A stretch of DNA of 64,000 nt from an uncultured Planctomycetales bacterium (GCA_964428315.1 CAYRXT010000006.1:8071-72070), one strand, 5' to 3'. Positions 10,021-22,294 are shown, numbered from the stretch's first letter. Notes: a model not told the origin generated them from the sequence alone. Translations and numbers: made by a program.

Positions 10021-10049
10021 TTGACGCTCATTCTAAACTATGTTAGAAT
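10021..10049 (+). promoter_or_regulatory. Sigma70-type promoter with extended -10 for the rfaE1-kds-lpt operon
   Basis: TTGACG (10021-10026), 17-bp spacer, TG-T-TAGAAT (-10 at 10044-10049) in an AT-rich intergenic region. Confidence 0.7.
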
Positions 10050-10100
10050 CAATTTTCATTTCCCATTGAGTAATAACCATTTTTGAAAAATACGTTCAGG

Positions 10101-11135
10101 ATGAATGTGGATCATCTTAAATCGGTAATCGCAAAATTCAAGTCCAAGCGTCTCTTAGTTGTCGGTGATATCATCCTTGACCAGTACATCTATGGGACGG
10201 TCAACCGCATTTCGCCGGAAGCGCCGGTTCCCGTTATCCTTCAAAAAGGACGTCCCGTTTACGTGCCGGGCGGTTCGGCCAATGTGGCCAATAATCTGAG
10301 CAGTCTGGGGGCCAAAGCGGTACTGGTCGGCTTTATCGGGATGGACGCGGAGGCCAAAAGCTTGAACAGGGAACTTAAGAAAAGGAAGATCGGCGTTTCG
10401 GGCATTTTTGTCGACCGGAAAAGGCCGACATCTCTCAAGACACGGATTATCGCTCAGCATCAGCAGGTTGTCCGTCTGGACAGGGAGCTGAGCCTGCGTT
10501 CGCAGGATCCTGCCATGCTCCAGCGTCTGAGGAAGTTTCTGAAAAGCAATATTAAAAAGTTTGATGCCGTTATCATTTCCGACTACGGCAAAGGCCTGAT
10601 TACGCCGGAAGTCATTTCGACTGTGCGTGAGGCGGCCGCCAAGCGGAAGATTATTGTCACCGTTGATCCCAAGGTGGAACATTTTGCATATTATACGGGA
10701 ATGACGGCCATTACTCCTAATAAGAAGGAAACGGAAAATGCCGTCCGGAATATCCGGGTCACCAGAAATGTGGGGAGGACGTTTCCCGTCAACATGGACC
10801 GGCTGGACAGCGATGCCGATATTGACAGGGCCGGAGCGGCCCTGAGGAAATATTTGAAGCTGGAATCTCTCCTGATCACGCTCGGCGAACAGGGGATGAG
10901 GCTTTTTGAGAAGGGGAAGAAGACCGTTCATATCAATACGCGCGCCCGGGAAGTCTATGACGTCACGGGTGCAGGAGATACCGTCATCGCTGTATTTACG
11001 CTGAGCCTGGCCTCCGGCGCCTCGATGCATGAGGCCGCCGATCTGGCCAACGTGGCCGCGGGCATCGTGGTCGGGAAGATGGGAGCGGTCAGCGTTTCTC
11101 AGCGAGAGTTGAAGATCAACCTCCCGAAAGAATAG
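10101..11135 (+). CDS. rfaE1: D-glycero-beta-D-manno-heptose-7-phosphate kinase (HldE domain I, PfkB family); alternative TTG start at 10083
   Basis: VVGDIILD..RISPEAPVP, GGSANVA, SDYGKG and DVTGAGDT motifs; no adenylyltransferase domain. Confidence 0.92.
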   Translation: MNVDHLKSVIAKFKSKRLLVVGDIILDQYIYGTVNRISPEAPVPVILQKGRPVYVPGGSANVANNLSSLGAKAVLVGFIGMDAEAKSLNRELKKRKIGVSGIFVDRKRPTSLKTRIIAQHQQVVRLDRELSLRSQDPAMLQRLRKFLKSNIKKFDAVIISDYGKGLITPEVISTVREAAAKRKIIVTVDPKVEHFAYYTGMTAITPNKKETENAVRNIRVTRNVGRTFPVNMDRLDSDADIDRAGAALRKYLKLESLLITLGEQGMRLFEKGKKTVHINTRAREVYDVTGAGDTVIAVFTLSLASGASMHEAADLANVAAGIVVGKMGAVSVSQRELKINLPKE

Positions 11136-11142
11136 ATCGTCC

Positions 11143-11895
11143 ATGAAGGTTATAGGAGTCATCCCTGCCAGATTTGCCTCCTCCCGTTTTGAAGGCAAGG
11201 TCTTGGCCGATCTGAACGGCAAGCCGCTGCTTCAGCATGTCTGGGAACGGGCCTGCCGGTGTTCCATGCTGGATTCCGTGGTGGTCGCCTGTGACGATGA
11301 ACGGGTACTGCGGCGGGCCGAGGGTTTCGGCGCCCACGCGGTCATGACGTCCGGCGATCATGCCTCGGGGACGGACCGCATCGCCGAGGTCATGAGGGAG
11401 CGGAGGGAAGAATGGGTTGTCAATATCCAGGGAGATGAACCGTTATTGGATCCGCAGACCGTTGACGCGCTTGTAGAGGAGATGAAAGAGGACCGCCTGA
11501 GTGAAGTGGGGACGGTGATCACGAAGATCAAAGACAAGGAGGCCGTCCGTAATCCCAATGTCGTCAAAGTCGTCGTCGACAAGGATCGCTTCGCGCTGTA
11601 TTTTTCCCGCGCCCCCATTCCGTATTACCGGGAACAGGAAAAGGGAGAAGCGCCTGAATACTATAAGCATCTGGGGCTTTACGCGTACACGCGGGATTTT
11701 ATCCTGAGGTTCCGTGATATGCCCCGGTCGCGCTTGGAGGCAGCGGAAAAGTTGGAACAACTGCGCATATTGGAGGCGGGCTACAGGATTAAGACCGTCG
11801 TCACCGACAAGGACAGCATCGGGGTGGACACCGAGGACGATTTGAGACGGGTAGCCGAACGGCTCAAGAGGGGGCAGGGGACATGCAGAAGATAA
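11143..11895 (+). CDS. kdsB: 3-deoxy-manno-octulosonate cytidylyltransferase
   Basis: IPARFASSRFEGK, SGTDRIAE, NIQGDEP, ALYFSRAPIP and EKLEQLR motifs. Confidence 0.97.
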   Translation: MKVIGVIPARFASSRFEGKVLADLNGKPLLQHVWERACRCSMLDSVVVACDDERVLRRAEGFGAHAVMTSGDHASGTDRIAEVMRERREEWVVNIQGDEPLLDPQTVDALVEEMKEDRLSEVGTVITKIKDKEAVRNPNVVKVVVDKDRFALYFSRAPIPYYREQEKGEAPEYYKHLGLYAYTRDFILRFRDMPRSRLEAAEKLEQLRILEAGYRIKTVVTDKDSIGVDTEDDLRRVAERLKRGQGTCRR

Positions 11896-12731
11896 TCCGT
11901 ATTGGGAAGATACGATGCGGCAACGAACTTCCGTTTGTCCTCATCGCCGGTCCTTGCGTCATCGAATCCCGGGATATGGTGATGAAGACCGCCGCCGCCA
12001 TTAAGAAGGTCGCGGAGCGGGTGGGCGTTCCTTTCATCTTTAAGGCGAGCTACGACAAGGCCAACCGCAGTTCCATTGCCTCGTTTCGGGGCATAGGCAA
12101 AGAAGAAGGATTATCCGTGTTAGCGGAGGTGAAAGAAACATTGGATGTCGCGGTCTTGAGCGACGTCCACTCGCCGGAAGAGGCTCCGCGGGCCGCCCGT
12201 GTCCTGGATGTGCTTCAGATTCCGGCCTTTTTGTGCCGACAGACGGATCTGCTTCTCGCCGCGGCCGGAGCCGGCAAGACGGTTAACGTCAAAAAAGGAC
12301 AGTTTCTCGCTCCGTGGGATGTCAAAGAGATCATAAAGAAGATCAGGTCGCAGGGGAATGACAAGATCATGCTGACCGAACGGGGGACGAGTTTCGGTTA
12401 TAATAATCTGGTGACGGACTTCCGGTCGCTTGAGATCATGCGGGAAGAGGGTTTCCCGGTTGTCTTTGACGCTTCCCACAGCGTCCAGCAACCCGGCGGA
12501 TTGGGCACGGCTTCCGGCGGACAGAGCGAATTCATCCCATTGCTTTCACGGTGTGCCGTGGCCGCGGGATGCGGCGCGGTCTTTTTAGAGGTGCATCCAA
12601 GCCCGGCCAGGGCTTTATCGGACGGACCGAATATGCTTCCTTTGACCAAGCTCGAAGCATTGCTCCGGGAGTTGAAGTCGCTGGACAATATTGTTAAAAA
12701 GAAGAAAAGGACAAGGGGCCGGAGGTTATGA
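11883..12731 (+). CDS. kdsA: KDO 8-phosphate synthase
   Basis: IAGPCVIES, FKASYDKANRSS, IPAFLCRQTDLL and LSDGPN motifs. Confidence 0.97.
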   Translation: MQKIIRIGKIRCGNELPFVLIAGPCVIESRDMVMKTAAAIKKVAERVGVPFIFKASYDKANRSSIASFRGIGKEEGLSVLAEVKETLDVAVLSDVHSPEEAPRAARVLDVLQIPAFLCRQTDLLLAAAGAGKTVNVKKGQFLAPWDVKEIIKKIRSQGNDKIMLTERGTSFGYNNLVTDFRSLEIMREEGFPVVFDASHSVQQPGGLGTASGGQSEFIPLLSRCAVAAGCGAVFLEVHPSPARALSDGPNMLPLTKLEALLRELKSLDNIVKKKKRTRGRRL

Positions 12732-13687
12732 CGCTCAAGAAAGCCAAAGAGGTCCTGGATATCGAGGCCCGGGCTATCCGGGAGGCGGCCCGACGGCTGG
12801 ATAACCAATTTCTCAGGTCCGTCGATCTTATCCACAAATGCCAGGGTCGGGTGATCGTCACGGGGATGGGAAAAACAGGTATCATCGGCCGGAAGATCGC
12901 CGCCACTTTTTCTTCAACGGGGACCCCCAGTATCTGGATGCACAGTGCCGAGGCCGTGCACGGGGACCTGGGGCAGGTGCGGCGCGAAGACGTTGTGGTT
13001 GTCATCTCCAACAGCGGAGAGACCGAAGAAACCAAACGGCTTGTTCCGTTAATCAAAAAGATCGGGTCGAAGATCATCGCCATGACCGGAAACCTGAAAT
13101 CCAATCTGGCCAAATACAGCCATGTTGTCCTGGACATTTCCGTCAAAAAGGAGGGATGCCCCCTGGGGCTGGCGCCCATGTCTTCGACGACGGTGACCCT
13201 GGCCCTCGGAGACGCTTTGGCCGCCTGCCTGATCGAACGCAAGGGGTTCCGCAAAGAGGATTTTGCCTTCTTTCATCCCGCCGGCGCCCTGGGACGCCGT
13301 CTCCTGCTAAAAGTGGAGGATATCATGCGCGCCGGGAGCGCCTTCCCCAAGGTGGCGGAAAAGGCCAGGATCAAGGAGGTCCTCATAGCCATTACGAACA
13401 AACGCTGCGGTTCGGCCTGCGTGGTGGATGCCCGCGGTCGTTTGACGGGTATATTTACCGACGGGGATCTAAGACGGCATTTGGAGACGGACGCGCATCT
13501 TCCCCAAAGGCGCGTCAAGGAGGTTATGACACGGAACCCGACGAGCATCCAGAAGGACCGGCTCGCCGCGGAGGCGTATCGTCTCCTCCAGGACAGAAAA
13601 ATCGACGAGATACCCGTCGTGGATAAGAACAAGAAGGTCGTCGGTCTCCTGGATATCCAGGATCTGTTGCGAAGCGGGGTGATGTGA
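12728..13687 (+). CDS. kdsD: Arabinose-5-phosphate isomerase (KpsF/GutQ; SIS + 2 CBS domains)
   Basis: TGMGKTG, EAVHGDLG, SNSGET, HPAGALG and CBS motif GIFTDGDLRR. Confidence 0.95.
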   Translation: MTLKKAKEVLDIEARAIREAARRLDNQFLRSVDLIHKCQGRVIVTGMGKTGIIGRKIAATFSSTGTPSIWMHSAEAVHGDLGQVRREDVVVVISNSGETEETKRLVPLIKKIGSKIIAMTGNLKSNLAKYSHVVLDISVKKEGCPLGLAPMSSTTVTLALGDALAACLIERKGFRKEDFAFFHPAGALGRRLLLKVEDIMRAGSAFPKVAEKARIKEVLIAITNKRCGSACVVDARGRLTGIFTDGDLRRHLETDAHLPQRRVKEVMTRNPTSIQKDRLAAEAYRLLQDRKIDEIPVVDKNKKVVGLLDIQDLLRSGVM

Positions 13688-13691
13688 ACCT

Positions 13692-14213
13692 ATGGCAAAG
13701 GCGCTGAACAAGATCAAAGACGTGAAACTGCTCCTGATGGATGTCGACGGCGTCTTGACCGACGGAAAAATCATTTATGATTCGCAGGGAAACGAGACCA
13801 AGGTCTTCGATGTGAAGGACGGTTTTGCCATCGTCTTGTTCGAGAAGATGGGGTACAAGACCGGGATCCTCACGGCGCGCGGGTCCCGGGTCGTCAGGAT
13901 TCGGGCCAAAGATCTGGCGATCCACAGGGTGTATCTTAATGCCTCTCCGAAGATCGATGTCTTTCCGAAAATCTTGAAGGACTTTAAGCTGTCCGCCGAG
14001 GCCGTCTGCTATATCGGCGATGACCTGCCGGACTATCAGGTTATGAAGGCCGCGGGGTTTTCCGTTGCCGTGAACAATGCCGTTCCGGAGATCAAGGCGG
14101 TCGCCGATTATGTCACCCAAAATGCCGGCGGCCATGGCGCGGTCCGCGAGGTGATCCACTTGATACTCAAATCGCAGGGACGATGGGATCAGGCTGTCTC
14201 GGGGTTAACATAA
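13692..14213 (+). CDS. kdsC: KDO 8-phosphate phosphatase (HAD family)
   Basis: DVDGVLTDG, YIGDDLPD and GGHGAVRE motifs; kds context. Confidence 0.95.
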   Translation: MAKALNKIKDVKLLLMDVDGVLTDGKIIYDSQGNETKVFDVKDGFAIVLFEKMGYKTGILTARGSRVVRIRAKDLAIHRVYLNASPKIDVFPKILKDFKLSAEAVCYIGDDLPDYQVMKAAGFSVAVNNAVPEIKAVADYVTQNAGGHGAVREVIHLILKSQGRWDQAVSGLT

Positions 14214-14214
14214 G

Positions 14215-15042
14215 ATGAAAAAGGCAAGTTTACTATTTTTTTGCGCGCTCTTGATGACGGCGGCAGCCTATGCCCAGGACCCCGGACAGGGGCCGGAAAC
14301 GCCCCAGCAGTTCGAGGGCTTTGACCTCTCGGGATACGACGAGTCCGGCGCCAAGTCATGGGATGTGCAGGGCGATACGGCCGACGTTTTCGGCGAGGAC
14401 ATCAGCCTTACGAACATTAATGCCCAGTCATACGGTAAGGACCCCATGAACCTTACGGCCGAAAGGGGAAAGGTCAACAAGGCGACCGGGAACATGCACG
14501 TAGAGCAGGATGTCGTCATCACCACGGATTCGGGGATGGAGCTCAAGACCGATTCCCTGGACTGGCAGAGAAACGACGATCTGGTCTCGACGGATGACCC
14601 CGTCCAGCTGAACCGGGAGGGGATGGAGGCCACCGGTAAAGGGGCCCGGGCGCGTCCGGGGCTCAACGAGGCCCGGATCAACGAGGACGTCACCGTTACG
14701 ATGGACACCAGGAACGAAGACGGATCAAAACGAAAGATCGTCATCACCTGCGACGGCCCTCTGGAGATTGATTATCAGAACCAAAAGGCTGTCTTCAACA
14801 CAAATGTCGTGGCCAGGGAAACGGACCGGGAGCTCCATGCTGACAAGATGGAGGTCTTTTTTAATACCGAGACCAGCCAGATCACCGAGATGATATGCAC
14901 AGGTCATGTGGTCATTGTCCAAGGAAAGAACAAGACTGTCTCCGACAAGGCGGTCTATTCCGCCGTTGAACAGAAACTCACGCTTTCGGGCCGGCCGAAA
15001 CTCATCCTGCTGACAGAAGAAGGCGAAGGCTCGCCTTTCTAA
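14215..15042 (+). CDS. LPS export periplasmic protein, LptC-like domain fused to LptA/OstA-like domain
   Basis: Signal peptide (AAAYA-QD), LptC-like region (LKTDSLDW...VSTDDPV), then LptA-like region (AVFNTNV..LHADKMEVFF..GHVVIVQ..AVYS..LTLSGRP); lies between kdsC and lptB. Confidence 0.8.
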   Translation: MKKASLLFFCALLMTAAAYAQDPGQGPETPQQFEGFDLSGYDESGAKSWDVQGDTADVFGEDISLTNINAQSYGKDPMNLTAERGKVNKATGNMHVEQDVVITTDSGMELKTDSLDWQRNDDLVSTDDPVQLNREGMEATGKGARARPGLNEARINEDVTVTMDTRNEDGSKRKIVITCDGPLEIDYQNQKAVFNTNVVARETDRELHADKMEVFFNTETSQITEMICTGHVVIVQGKNKTVSDKAVYSAVEQKLTLSGRPKLILLTEEGEGSPF

Positions 15043-15054
15043 ACGGATAGAGGC

Positions 15055-15777
15055 ATGAAACTTCTCGAGACAAGAAATCTGACCAAGAGCTACGGAGGAC
15101 GCAAGGTCGTCAACGAACTCAACATCACCATCCAGCGTTCGGAGATCGTCGGCCTCCTCGGCCCGAACGGGGCAGGCAAGACCACAACCTTTTATATGGC
15201 TGTCGGGATTATCAACCCGGACAGAGGACAGATCTATTTTGATCAGGAGGATATTACCCGCAGGCCGATCCATGTGCGATGCCGTCTGGGCATGGGTTAT
15301 CTCGCCCAGGAACCTTCGATTTTCCGGAAATTGACCGTCGAACAGAATATTATGGCCATTCTGGAAACCCTGGACATCAGCCCCCGCGAACGGAAAAAAA
15401 GGCTCAACGCCCTTCTGGAGGAATTGAAGATCGCTCACCTGGCGAAGTCCAAGGCCTTTACGCTTTCCGGCGGGGAACGCCGGCGGCTGGAGATCACGCG
15501 GGCCCTGGTGACGCGCCCGTCGTTTCTCCTTCTAGATGAACCCTTTTCGGGAATCGATCCTATTGTTGTGGCCGAGGCGCAGGAAATCATCCAGGATTTG
15601 AAAGACAAGGGCTTGGGGATCCTCTTGACGGACCACAATGTCCGCGAGACGCTGTCCATTACCGACCGCGCCTATTTGATTGCCGATGGCAGGGTCTTGG
15701 TCTCTGGTTCCGCGGATGACCTTATTAGCGACCCGGAAGTTCGCAAGATCTATCTCGGCGACAAATTCACCATGTGA
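15055..15777 (+). CDS. lptB: LPS export ABC transporter ATP-binding protein
   Basis: GPNGAGKTT, YLAQEPSIFRKL, LSGGERRRLEI, LLDEPFSGIDP and TDHNVRETL motifs. Confidence 0.97.
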   Translation: MKLLETRNLTKSYGGRKVVNELNITIQRSEIVGLLGPNGAGKTTTFYMAVGIINPDRGQIYFDQEDITRRPIHVRCRLGMGYLAQEPSIFRKLTVEQNIMAILETLDISPRERKKRLNALLEELKIAHLAKSKAFTLSGGERRRLEITRALVTRPSFLLLDEPFSGIDPIVVAEAQEIIQDLKDKGLGILLTDHNVRETLSITDRAYLIADGRVLVSGSADDLISDPEVRKIYLGDKFTM

Positions 15778-15795
15778 AGGCCGAAGGCTGTGAAC

Positions 15796-15834
15796 GGTAA
15801 AGGCGGATAAGGGCCTTTACCGCGTTATGTTTTT
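15796..15834 (+). terminator. Probable intrinsic terminator after lptB
   Basis: 10-bp perfect stem CGGTAAAGGC/GCCTTTACCG followed by CGTTATGTTTTT. Confidence 0.55.
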
Positions 15835-15939
15835 GTAGTACTATATATTTTTTTGACAGGATAACAGATGTTGAAAAACCATTCGTTTAATCCCGCTTGG
15901 TTGCCGCGCGCGCCCTGAGCAGGAAGGTCAGGTTGAACA

Positions 15940-16833
15940 ATGAACATGGATATCAAAAAGATTGATGCGACCCGCCGGGAGATGAAATTTGAGGTGCCCC
16001 CGGAACAGGTCAAAAAGAAACTGGATGATGTATATAAGGACATTGCCAAGGAGGCCAGGATTAAAGGGTTCCGTCCCGGCAAGGCCCCGCGCCATGTCCT
16101 GGAGCAGAAGTACAATCAGGTGGCCCAGGAGGAGATGGTCAAACAGATTATCCCGGAGGCCTATCAAAAGGCCCTCACACAAGAGGACCTTTCCCCCATT
16201 GATCTGCCCGATATCGACGATGTGGCCTATAAGGACGGGACGGTGCGGTTTACCGCCAGGTTCGACGTCCGGCCCGACGTCAAGATCAAAAACTATAAAG
16301 GCATCAAAGTGAAACGCAAAAAGGCGGGGGTGCCTGACGAGGAGCTTGACAAGACGCTGGACTACATCAAAAAAGGGCAGGGCAAGTCGAAGGAGATCGC
16401 CATCGACGACAATTTTGCAAAGGGATTAGGTTATCCCAGCCTGGAGGAGTTTAAGAATTCTCTCAGGAAACAGCTTGAGATTGACAAGGACCGCCAGGCC
16501 AAAATGGATGTCGAGAATCAGATCGTAGAACATCTGCTTAAGAATGCGAATCTGGCGGTGCCGAAATCCGCTGTTCAGAAACAGATGGAGCGCCGTATCG
16601 AGGAACAAAAAAAACATCTGCGCTCTCACGGTTTGAAAGATGAGGATATCGAAAAGCGGCTCCATGAGGGCCGCAAGGACATGCAGAAAACCGCCGAAAG
16701 GGATCTGCAGCTTTATTTTATTCTGGAAAAGATCGCCCAGGAAGAGAACATTCAACTGGATGACAAGGGAAACTTTTATCATAAGGTGCTGGAATTTCTA
16801 TTAAAAGAAGCGAACTGGGAGGAGGCGAAATAA
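15940..16833 (+). CDS. tig: Trigger factor, short form apparently lacking the FKBP PPIase domain
   Basis: Ribosome-binding signature GFRPGKAP; C-terminal chaperone region (IDDNFAK..SLEEFK); only 297 aa; upstream of clpP. Confidence 0.88.
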   Translation: MNMDIKKIDATRREMKFEVPPEQVKKKLDDVYKDIAKEARIKGFRPGKAPRHVLEQKYNQVAQEEMVKQIIPEAYQKALTQEDLSPIDLPDIDDVAYKDGTVRFTARFDVRPDVKIKNYKGIKVKRKKAGVPDEELDKTLDYIKKGQGKSKEIAIDDNFAKGLGYPSLEEFKNSLRKQLEIDKDRQAKMDVENQIVEHLLKNANLAVPKSAVQKQMERRIEEQKKHLRSHGLKDEDIEKRLHEGRKDMQKTAERDLQLYFILEKIAQEENIQLDDKGNFYHKVLEFLLKEANWEEAK

Positions 16834-17441
16834 TGGACCCACACATGCAGGCGTTGGTGCCCATCGTCATCGAAAAAAGCGGCCACGGAGAGCGGGCGTA
16901 TGATATTTTCTCCCGGCTTTTGAAAGACAGGATCGTCTTTATCGGGACGCCGATCACCGATACGGTCGCCAACCTGATCATCGCGCAGATGCTTTTTTTG
17001 CAGTCGGAGGACTCGTCCAAGGATATCAACCTGTACATCAACTCGCCCGGCGGATCCGTAACGGCGGGGCTGGCTATTTATGACACCATGCAGTTCGTCA
17101 AACCCGACGTGTGTACCTACTGTATCGGTCAGGCCGCCAGTATGGGGGCCGTTTTGTTGACCGCCGGGACCAAGGGAAAAAGATACGCCCTGCCGTTTTC
17201 CCGGGTTATGGTGCACCAGCCCTGGGGCGGGACGACCGGTTCGGCGAGCGATATATCGATCCAGGCGAAGGAAATCCTGCGGATCAAAGACGACCTCAAC
17301 CGTATCCTCTCCAAGCATACAGGACAGGATTTCGAAAAGATACAGGGCGATACGGATCGTGATTTCTTTATGAAGGCCGGAGAGGCGAAAGAGTACGGTC
17401 TTATAGACGAGGTGATCGAGAGCGTCAAGAAGATCAAATGA
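16833..17441 (+). CDS. clpP: ATP-dependent Clp protease proteolytic subunit
   Basis: [35 protein letters not shown] and DRD motifs. Confidence 0.98.
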   Translation: MDPHMQALVPIVIEKSGHGERAYDIFSRLLKDRIVFIGTPITDTVANLIIAQMLFLQSEDSSKDINLYINSPGGSVTAGLAIYDTMQFVKPDVCTYCIGQAASMGAVLLTAGTKGKRYALPFSRVMVHQPWGGTTGSASDISIQAKEILRIKDDLNRILSKHTGQDFEKIQGDTDRDFFMKAGEAKEYGLIDEVIESVKKIK

Positions 17442-17484
17442 GGATAGAAGAGAAATAGAAGAGTATAGCAAAGGAAGGACTCCC

Positions 17485-18624
17485 ATGAAGAGAAATCTGA
17501 TACTTACGCCCGGTCCTACACAGGTGCCCCCCCAGGTGTGCGGGGTCCTCGGTGAGCCGATTATCCATCATCGCACACCCCAGTTTCAGGCCGTGCTCAA
17601 GGAGGCCACGGAGAATCTCAAAGAGGTTTTTAAGACGAAGAATGATGTCCTGATTCTCACATCCTCCGGTACCGGGGCTATGGAGGCCGCGGTGGCCAAT
17701 CTTCTTTCGGCCGGGGATAAGGCCCTGACCGTCGAGGGGGGCAAGTTTGGTGAGCGCTGGAGCGAGCTTTGCCGGGCCTACAAAGCGCAACCGACAGTCA
17801 TCAAGGTGGAGTGGGGCAAGTCCGTTGAGCCGGCAAAGATCGAAGAGGAGCTGAAGAAGAATCCGGACATACGCGCCGTATTCGTCACGCTTTGCGAAAC
17901 GTCCACCGGAGTCATCACGGACGTGGAGGCCGTCGGACGGATTGTCGGCAAGACCGATGCCGTCCTTGTCGTGGACGCGATCAGCGCTTTGGGGGCGACG
18001 GAGATGAAAACGGATGAGTGGGGAATTGATGTCGCGGTGGGCGGATCGCAAAAAGGCCTCATGCTGCCGCCCGGCTTGAGCTTTATCGCTGTCAGCCCGA
18101 AGGCCTTGGCCCTTGCGGAACAATCGACGTCTCCGCGGTATTATTTCGACTTGATGAAGGCAAAAAAATCGGCGGAAAAGTCGGATACGCCTTTCACGCC
18201 GGCCTTGGGGATTATCCGCGCGCTTAACGAGAGTTTGCGCTTGATCAAAGAAGAAGGCATTGACAACCTGATTGCCCGCCATGCGAAGTTGACCATGGCC
18301 ACGCGTGCCGCCGCGCAGGCGCTGGGTTTGGAGCTCTTGACCTCGGAGACAGACTCCGGCGGAGTCGTGACATCGATCATGGTCCCGGAGGGCGTGGACG
18401 GGACGAAGATAGTGAAAAGGATGCGGGATGTCTACGGCGTTACGGTAGCCGGCGGTCAGGCCCAGTTAAAGGGAAAGATCATCCGCATCGCCCATATGGG
18501 CATGCTGGATGAATTCGATATACTGACCGGTATTGCCTGTCTCGAAAAGGCCCTGAAGGAGACGGGCTATCCTGTTCAGCTGGGTGCGGGCCTTTCGGCG
18601 GCCCAGAAAGTGTTTAACAGTTAA
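17485..18624 (+). CDS. Class V PLP aminotransferase (alanine-glyoxylate/serine-pyruvate family; probable phosphoserine aminotransferase role)
   Basis: LTPGPT, SSGTGAMEA, ETSTGV, VDAIS and GSQKGLMLPPG motifs; directly upstream of serA. Confidence 0.9.
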   Translation: MKRNLILTPGPTQVPPQVCGVLGEPIIHHRTPQFQAVLKEATENLKEVFKTKNDVLILTSSGTGAMEAAVANLLSAGDKALTVEGGKFGERWSELCRAYKAQPTVIKVEWGKSVEPAKIEEELKKNPDIRAVFVTLCETSTGVITDVEAVGRIVGKTDAVLVVDAISALGATEMKTDEWGIDVAVGGSQKGLMLPPGLSFIAVSPKALALAEQSTSPRYYFDLMKAKKSAEKSDTPFTPALGIIRALNESLRLIKEEGIDNLIARHAKLTMATRAAAQALGLELLTSETDSGGVVTSIMVPEGVDGTKIVKRMRDVYGVTVAGGQAQLKGKIIRIAHMGMLDEFDILTGIACLEKALKETGYPVQLGAGLSAAQKVFNS

Positions 18625-18637
18625 GAAGGGACCTGCA

Positions 18638-20224
18638 ATGAAAATCCTTATCAGTGACAAATTGGCCGAAGAAGGCATTCGCATACTCCGGGAAGTTGAT
18701 TCCTTTCAGGTCGACAGCAAGCCCGGCCTTGCGCCTGAACAATTGAAATCCGTCATCAAAGATTATGACGCCCTCATTATTCGAAGCGGAACCAAGGTCA
18801 CTGCCGATGTTATCGAGGCGGCTGGCAAGCTCAAGTATATCGGCCGGGCCGGTGTGGGAGTGGATAACGTCGATCTCAAGGCCGCGACGAAGAAAGGGAT
18901 CGTGGTGATCAACACGCCGGGCGGCAATACAACAGCCACGGCCGAACATACTATGAGCCTGATTCTGGCCCTTTCGAGGAACATCCCGCAGGCATTCAAT
19001 TCATTGCGCGCCGGCAAATGGGAACGCTCGAAATTTACCGGCGTGGAACTTCACGGAAAGGTCTTGGGGATTATCGGCCTGGGCAGGATCGGTTCAACCG
19101 TGGCGCGCATGGCGAAGGGATTCGGCATGAACATTATTGCCTCCGATCCCTTTATCTCCGTTGAGATCGCTGGAAAAATGGGAATCGAGATGGTTGAACT
19201 GGACCGGTTGTTCAAGCAGGCCGATTATATCAGCGTCCATGTGCCGAAGAGCACGGAGACGAGCAGCCTGATTTCGGACAAGGAGTTCCAGAAGATGAAA
19301 AAAGGCGTGCGCCTCGTCAATTGCGCACGCGGGGGCATCGTCGATGAAGAGGCGCTTGTCAGGGCCATCGAGAAGGGTGTTGTGGCGGGCTGCGCCATGG
19401 ATGTCTACGCCAAGGAGCCCCCGCCGCCGGAGTCGCCCATTCTTAAACTGGATAATTGCATCACCACGCCGCATCTGGGCGCCGCCACTTCCGAGGCCCA
19501 GGTCAATGTGGCCATAGAGGTCGCGCAGACGGTTCGCAACGCCCTCTTGGGTAAGGGCGTGATCAACGCTGTCAATTTCCCGTCTCTGGATGCGGAGTCG
19601 TACAAGGTCCTGGAACCGTACATCGATCTCAACGAACGGATGGGGAAGTTTGCCGGTCAGCTCATCAACGGAGGCATCAAAAGTGTCAAAGTCACCTACA
19701 GCGGCGATATGACCGCACACAAGGTGGCCCCTATGACGATGTCGTTGATCTACGGTTTGCTGGTCCCGATTCTGGGGAGAGAGGCCGTCAATCCAGTGAA
19801 CTCCGTCGATCTGGCCAAGGAACGGGGCATCAAGATACAAGAGGTCACCTCGAATGAAGAAGTGGAATTCGTCAATCTCGTTGATGTCCAGATCGAGACC
19901 GATAAGGAAGAATTTTCTCTCTGGGGGACTCTCTCGGGAAACAGCCAGCCGAGGATCGTCAAGATCAACAAGGTCTATGTCGAGGCCAAGCCCGAAGGGC
20001 ACATGCTGTATATCAACAACAATGACCGCCGAGGCATCGTCGGCGCCGTGGGCACCATACTCGCTGAAGGGGACATCAATATCGGCGGGATCACCTTTGG
20101 ACGTGAATTCCAGGGGAGCCTCGTCATCTGCGTGGTGAACATCGACAGCGCGGTTCCAAAGGAGATCATTGAACGATTAGAAAAGGTCCACGACATTCTT
20201 CTTGTCAAGCCGGTTTATGTGTGA
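18638..20224 (+). CDS. serA: D-3-phosphoglycerate dehydrogenase (long form with ASB and ACT domains)
   Basis: GRAGVGVDNVD, GIIGLGRIG, NCARGG and TPHLGA motifs; ATG at 18638 after AAGGGA. Confidence 0.96.
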   Translation: MKILISDKLAEEGIRILREVDSFQVDSKPGLAPEQLKSVIKDYDALIIRSGTKVTADVIEAAGKLKYIGRAGVGVDNVDLKAATKKGIVVINTPGGNTTATAEHTMSLILALSRNIPQAFNSLRAGKWERSKFTGVELHGKVLGIIGLGRIGSTVARMAKGFGMNIIASDPFISVEIAGKMGIEMVELDRLFKQADYISVHVPKSTETSSLISDKEFQKMKKGVRLVNCARGGIVDEEALVRAIEKGVVAGCAMDVYAKEPPPPESPILKLDNCITTPHLGAATSEAQVNVAIEVAQTVRNALLGKGVINAVNFPSLDAESYKVLEPYIDLNERMGKFAGQLINGGIKSVKVTYSGDMTAHKVAPMTMSLIYGLLVPILGREAVNPVNSVDLAKERGIKIQEVTSNEEVEFVNLVDVQIETDKEEFSLWGTLSGNSQPRIVKINKVYVEAKPEGHMLYINNNDRRGIVGAVGTILAEGDINIGGITFGREFQGSLVICVVNIDSAVPKEIIERLEKVHDILLVKPVYV

Positions 20225-20271
20225 ACCTCGTGAAGCCATGTGTGGGGGAAGAAGACTGAGACGGCCGAACG

Positions 20272-22294
<2,023 letters not shown>

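Noticed and set aside
15778-15939. Looked for the tRNA-Leu often found upstream of tig, and for SRP RNA (CAGGAAGG hairpin)
   Set aside because: No cloverleaf or TTCGA T-loop; the SRP helix-8 consensus is not met; TTGACA at 15853 has no matching -10.
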